64,000 bases of DNA from Octopus sinensis (lineage: Eukaryota): positions 66,030,001-66,094,000 of the forward strand of contig NC_043002.1 of the NCBI RefSeq assembly GCF_006345805.1, read 5' to 3'. Below the pieces are notes generated by a model. The model searched no databases and was not told the DNA's origin. It worked only from the letters and a program-made list of their open reading frames with translations. Both the position numbers and the translations under genes were made by a program. Positions within the stretch are counted from its first letter, which is position 1; each line of letters opens with the position of its first letter. Below are positions 57,473 to 64,000 of this stretch, one piece after another.

Positions 57473-58471
57473 AATGTAATCAGTTAAGTGACTGTTAAAG
57501 CAGATGTTTATATGTGTACAACAACAGCACTTTCCCAAATATCTATATGCACTTGCGCTTTATAAAATGGTAACTGATCAGAACCAAAATATCTCTTAGT
57601 ACTGAAAATAAAACCCAGTCTTCCAAATGGAGTAAGTGATGTTAGAAGGGAAAATCAAAGGGTGTAAGGTCTAGAAGAGGAATTTGTTTTTATAAATAGG
57701 AAGGTTGTGATTTGAAGTTACTGTTTGTGAAAGCAGTCTCAAGTCTTGTGTGAGGTTGTGCATAGATGAGGAACACTACCTGTGTAGGAGAAAGGGTAAT
57801 GCTAGTTAGTATATCAATGTACACAAAATAAGAACATGGAAGAAATGGATTAGTATTTAATAGAGTTATACTTCAGAGCATTTCACCCAAATGCAAAGAC
57901 TAAAACTGGGAAGAAAAAAAAGCAGACATGTACAAAATTGATGACAAATCCATGCAACTACAAGTATTTACATTAGTCAGACACTGTACCTAAGAGAGTG
58001 AATCTTTTTTACCACACAGAAGTGTGTAGGAGATCTATAAATATCTCAAGGACCACATCAGCTATTTTATATATATATAGTGGAAGCTACTTACTGCAAC
58101 CACTTTGGGACAATGCCTTTTCCATAACTGGCTGATAACATGAAGCAAATAAAGAACTTAAGAGCCTCCACTGGTGCCATGTAAAAAGCATCCTGTCCAC
58201 ATTGTGAAGTGATTGGCATTTGGAAGGGCATCCAGCAGTGAAAGCCATGCCAAAACTGACATCGCCTGTACTGGTGCCACATAAAAAGCAATCAGTCCAC
58301 TCTATGGGGTGGTTGATGTTAGGAAGGGCATCCAGCTGTAAAATCCATGCCAAAACAGACACAGTAGCTTGGTGTAGTCTTGTACCTGACTGGCTCATGT
58401 CAAACCATTCAACCCATACCAGCATGGGAGGTAGATATTAAACAATGATGATGAGATTATATATATATATG

Positions 58472-58503
<32 letters not shown>

Positions 58504-60549
58504 AAGACAGGCAAGTGATTCTGGGTAGAGTTATCTATGAACTAAATTGCACATACACAACACTGAGGTGGGATTGGAATGTGGTGATTTGAAGTGGAAT
58601 AGTTTCCATCAATCTTTGTTGGCAAAGAATAAGCTAATTTTCATAAAGAGCAACATAGTTGAAGTTGATTCAGTGGAAACAAAAAACTCTTAAATATGTT
58701 GCTATTTATTTTTAAAATGTGATCGACATTTCAACATCTACGTCTCTGTGCTTGCATGGGTCAGGCAGAATATTTTTTTAGGCAAATTCTCCTACAGTCA
58801 GATACCCTTCCTTTTGCTAACCTTTTCTGTTTCCAAACAATGTAACATTTCCTCATTACCAGCCATGTTCTTCACAGATGTTAAACAAACATTGTATGAC
58901 AGTGATGCTCAATTACAACTATCTCCATGTCAAGGCATAGGTAAACACAAAATGCACACACACATACATACAAGCTTCTTTCAGTTTCAATCTACCAAAT
59001 CTACTTACAAAGCTTTGGATGGCCTGGAGCCTAAGTAGAAGGTATTTGCCCTAGGTGGAACTGAACTCAAAACCACAGTTGGAAAGCAAGTTTTTTAATC
59101 ACATAGCCATACCATATTAATGCGTATCAAAAATTTTTGCATTATTTAACTTTTACTAAAATGATCTTATTTTTCTTTCCATTTCTTCAACCAATAATAC
59201 ATCAGCACATATACACATGAATAGAATGAAAACAGCTCATAACTAACACAACAAAATAATTAGTTTTGAAATGTTTTTATTCCAGTTCACTTTTCAAATG
59301 AAACAACAAATCAGAGATAAAAAAACTCAAATGGTATTTTTTTTTGTCTAACCTCTAACGTATATATTAAAATACTTATTTTGAAAACAAGTTGAGAGAT
59401 TTTGGTTGACAATCAACTAACAAATGGAAGTATTTCAAATTTGATGCAGTTTTTCATAATAATTACTTCAAACATCCAGAGATGAGAAATAAATATACCA
59501 CATATATTGATGTATTTATTCTTAAATTTCACATACTACAAGTTTACGTCATTAAAAAAATTATGTAGATAAAATACAGCCAATAATAATCATTCATTTA
59601 CAACTACACAATGGAATGAGAAGGAATGTGTGAGGCTCATGCTTTTTCAATGGTCATTCTATTAGCTTCTAGTTCGAGCTTAGCTATTTGTTCACAACAA
59701 TCACCAATTTTATCAGATATTGAACCCCTTCAGTTCAAAGATTTCTCGCAGACTTCAGATTTGATTGATATACTGCTAAATATTCAATTGCTGACAGCAT
59801 TTAAGTATATTACATCAAGATAGATTCTGGCATATATATTTTACATAATCTTAAAAGGCTTTTTATTGATATTAGAATGAACAGAGTATTCAAAGTCTCT
59901 CCCTCTCCATTTTTCTTAAATTCCAGCTTCATGGAATTATTTACACCAGTAAATCTTGTTTGCATCAGGTCTACTATTTATGAAGGTAAAGAATGCTAGA
60001 AGAGTTTCATTTACCGGTACTATGATCTTATTCCTGGGGTCGATAAGTACCACTCATGTATTGAAATTGATTCAACCGACTGTGCCCCTTCAAATTTGTA
60101 GTCTGCCGACGAACGATATTATTGATCCTAAATAACCAAAAAGCTTCAGAAAGTTTAGAAGCTCATTTCTCAGTAATAAGATATTTTAGAGTTCTAAGTT
60201 CAGAAGCACCACTATGGAATTCATCATGACAGTTGACTGCTAATACACCTAGATACTTCTCAAGGAAAATGTCAAAATGATATTCCGCAAAATTCTTCTC
60301 AAACATTTAATAATTTTTTTCTTGAATTATTATTCCACATACAATGAAACTACTCCAACAACAAAATGAAAGAGCATTTAGACAATGAGTATTTGTCTCT
60401 TAAAACAAAAATATTTTACATAAAAAAACCACTTATAAACAATAATAGCTATGATCAATCAATATCATCTTGCTTTTTGCATGAAAGGACACTCGTGACT
60501 TTGCCGCAGATATCTAGCCACTTGCTCATAATAGATGTTTTATTTTAAG

Positions 60550-62250
60550 AAGCACAAAATCAAAGAAGGAATCGTTTTACGATTGTTCCGCAAGTTATTA
60601 AAAGAAATACTTTTCGACGTAAATGCGCCATATTGCTGAAATTACTTACAAAAACACCAACCATTCCAGAAAACAGAGCATAGTATATATATAGATGTGA
60701 GTGATATTCCACAACCACCACCACCACTACTACTACTAGAATGAAGGTGGAAGAAAAGTCGAGAAGTGCTTAAAACCATTTTTTGAAGATTAAGAAATGT
60801 ACTCTAAACAATAGAAAAACAGAATTTTTGACGTGATACCGACAATAAATAGACTATATTTTCTCAAGGTTGAACCAGCTGAATAAACTTTTTTCCTTTA
60901 CAAAAGAATAACCAAAATAACAAGCATCTTTCGACAAAAATATAAGTTGCAACCAAAAAACTGAAATAATTCTACAATACTTTTTCAATCTATGAAACTT
61001 TCTAGAATATTCAATTACCACATACAACACACAGAAACCTTATCCCATTCGAACATTATAATAAATGCGTTTGTCTTTGACAACGGCTGACGCCAATGAG
61101 AACAAATTGAATATTGCATAAATTAATATAAACATCGGAACCGCTGCTAACAGGTCGATAAAGCTGATGAGATCGCACGAAACACGTGGAAGACTGGTTT
61201 TCATATATTTTAGCTTTATGCAAAAACACCGACAGCGATAAGAATATCTTTCACATTACTGAAATCTATTCATTAAAAAAATATTTCGTTATTGAAATAA
61301 ATTAATTTAAATGCAACTTTTACATTTATGTACAATTATAAAAAAAACACACAGACACATATCTCTATAAAAAATAAAAACTATGAGAGATCTACATTCA
61401 CATCTACACCTATTAATAAAACGTCTAGATATCGTTCCGATCGTACAAATTATTGGAAAGATGAGTCTAAAAGAGATGCTAGTGTAAACGATGTTTACTT
61501 CTTTCTTAGTAATATGAGTTCGAGCATGCGCGCAAAGTGTCACAAGAGACAACGGATCGAACTGCAGAGAATTCTCTAAGAGACACGTAACAATATTATT
61601 CATTTAATCGTACTATCATGGTTGCCAGCTAACAAATACGCAAATAAAACCTGGCCAACAAAAGCCTCTGTGAACAGCTGTTTCACTGATATTGACCGAC
61701 CCATCATACTGCGTTATAAGTTTAACAAAATTTTTGAAAAATCTACCTTTGTTTTTATCTATTTCCCAATTATTTTCACTTTTAGGATAAAAAAAAATAC
61801 CACGGAATGATAATTTTAGATACATTTTACAGTACTTTTACATAGTCTGAGGTACTTTGTTAGCAGCCGTCGTACAATGACGATCTCTCCTTGAATTTTT
61901 ATTAAAGAAAAAAACCTCATCTACATTACTATCCACTCTTTTTATATGAAACCAGATTAATATATGCTAATGATTCGACTTATGCATAGCTTTTGCTATA
62001 TACGAATTAAGGAATGATCTCACAGCAACATTCCGCCGATATCACAATACAATACAGTCGGCTCCTCCTCACACTGCATTTGCAATGACTAATGATTATG
62101 ATCACACACACACACACAGACGTGTGTGTGTGTATTTATATATGTATATATATGTGGAATTCATAACTCGCATGAAGAAAACCCACGTGCATGCGCTTCT
62201 ATGCTTATGTAAATGAAAATAGTGGCAGTGTGTGCGTGCTGAGATATACT
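60550..62250 (-). promoter_or_regulatory. Putative OGT promoter / 5' exon region
   Basis: CpG density is visibly higher than in the CpG-poor introns, TE content is low, and the region lies 5' of the minus-strand gene. The TSS cannot be located from sequence alone. Confidence 0.35.
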
Positions 62251-64000
62251 AGTATAAAAGAATGCATCTAAACCTTGCTACACGTATGTTTCAGATGTGC
62301 GTATATATAACCTCAACACACTAGGCACATGTATAGGTTTATTAATATACGCACTTGTAAGTATAAAGACTTACAAGTACGTATATTAATAAAACTGTAC
62401 ATCAAATTTAAAATAATCTCTACAATTCCCAATGCCTATCACAATACGTTGTTGAAATTGATTGAAGTCAACACTATTACATAGGTCGTAAACACTATGT
62501 AATAAATATACACATAAGTTACCTCACACACACACACATTATATATATATATATATATATATATTACACACACATGGCGGATTTATGGCTTGCGTAAATA
62601 AATGGTAAAGCAGACAGTGCACCTTCTCTTTGTAACTTCAATTCCAATGAGGAAAAGAAAGGGAAAAGTAAATATAAAAGTAAATAACAAAAACAGCGAA
62701 ACCAGAGGACAGAGATTTAAGTCAAAACAAAAAAATAACCTTGTGTACTCTAATATATAGGAAGGTAGTTCACTGAAATTTGCGTATAAAAGAATGCCAA
62801 ATGAAATAATTCTTGGTGAAATATACCATATTATACATAGTAGAGAGAGAGAAATTGTCTTTATTATTAGAACTGGGTGTAATGTTGAGGTTGCAAGTGG
62901 TTTGATAATCTGGGATTGGTTATCACGAAGAAAACTACACACAAACACAAAATATATATAAGGAAGGAAGGAGATAGATGGAAAAAGATAGTGAGTGAGA
63001 GAGATGATGCTAATAACGATCTTATTAATGCAGATGTGAACACCGTCACGGGGCCATTGAGAGAACTGGAAAATGAGATTTTGTGACGTTCATCGTTTTC
63101 CACTGCTACAAAATAGTTAAAGAACTGGTGGTGCCATGAAGCTTTTTAAAGAATTCGACGAAACCCCATATCAGCATCATAGAATAATTATAATTGAATA
63201 AAGCGGAATTCGATGAAATCTATGTGCGTATCGAAAAATCACAATTGAACAACAGTAGTAGTAGTTCAATAAAACCTCGGTCCGCATCGAAAAATCATAA
63301 CTGAATAAATGCTCTTGCGTAATACTGGAGGAAGCGGGGGTGCAGCATTCAATTCATGGAGGTTAGGGTGAAAGCTGAGACAGCTGTTTTCCACTAATAA
63401 ATAATAACAGTGCACAAGTAAAAGGTTAAAACATCAGCCTTGGAGAAGACGTTTTAATATATGGATGGATAGAGCGAAAGAGATGTGGTAGAGAGACAAC
63501 TAATATATATACGATTAATAAAGATTATAGAACGAGGAAGACTGTAGTTTGGCGAGTTTATACACACGCAAATCTGTGTATACATATACATAGACCATTC
63601 TATGTGTATATAAACATGTGGTTTTGGACGTGTGTGTGTATATATATATATATAATATATATGTGTGTGTGGCGACAGAGCGTGGCGTAGTGGTTAGATT
63701 GTTAGGCTCAAGATCGTAAAATCGTGGATTTGGTACAGTGTTCTTGAGCAAGACACTTTTATTTCTTATTTCAAATCATTATCAGTTTTTAAAAAATTAA
63801 TCCCAAGGGAAAAGGGGTTAACTGTACGACTACGTGGCGTCCCATCCATGAGCCTCCTGTCTTGTAATATTTCTCACTCACGAGCTTAAATATCTCGGAA
63901 TCTGGAGACAAACGACAACCTAATGAGCCTCGAGGCAACTTTACTTTTTAATACACATATGTAGAAAGCTATACTGTACGTGTGTGTATATATATATATA

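Noticed and set aside
59500-60560. Possible decayed retroelement on the minus strand
   Set aside because: I could not assign convincing motifs; left unannotated.
62583-63751. ORFs at the right end as a neighbouring gene
   Set aside because: Low-complexity or hydrophobic translations of AT-rich and microsatellite DNA, with no recognisable domain.

Overview
The window is AT-rich animal genomic DNA. The SINE, RTE and MITE families look like those of Octopus, but that species call is an inference from recalled repeat families. It is almost entirely filled by one minus-strand gene, O-GlcNAc transferase (OGT). I traced 21 consecutive coding exons from 43666 down to the stop codon at 8-10. All have GT-AG boundaries with matching phases and give 3062 nt, or about 1020 aa from [11 protein letters not shown] to LVEPWS*. 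The product has the TPR array, both catalytic lobes and the intervening domain. The first exon is unresolved; candidates lie at 44680-44788 and 61651-61707. The introns carry decayed mariner, Tc1-like, piggyBac, hAT-MITE, Helitron/Helentron, RTE, Penelope-like and SINE elements. The most interesting signal is in the 12.2-kb intron 25269-37484, which sits at the same position as the O-GlcNAc-regulated detained intron 4 of vertebrate OGT. It contains a 63%-GC exon-like island (about 29170-29476) with a branch point, a pyrimidine tract, two acceptors, about 10 clustered 5'-splice-site-like motifs and in-frame stops. This looks like a decoy/poison exon. Further cryptic-exon-like islands and repeated CG-rich motifs lie in the same intron. 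If real, this would extend OGT splicing feedback to a mollusc. Inverted repeats that could form intronic dsRNA also bracket exons 2 and 3.
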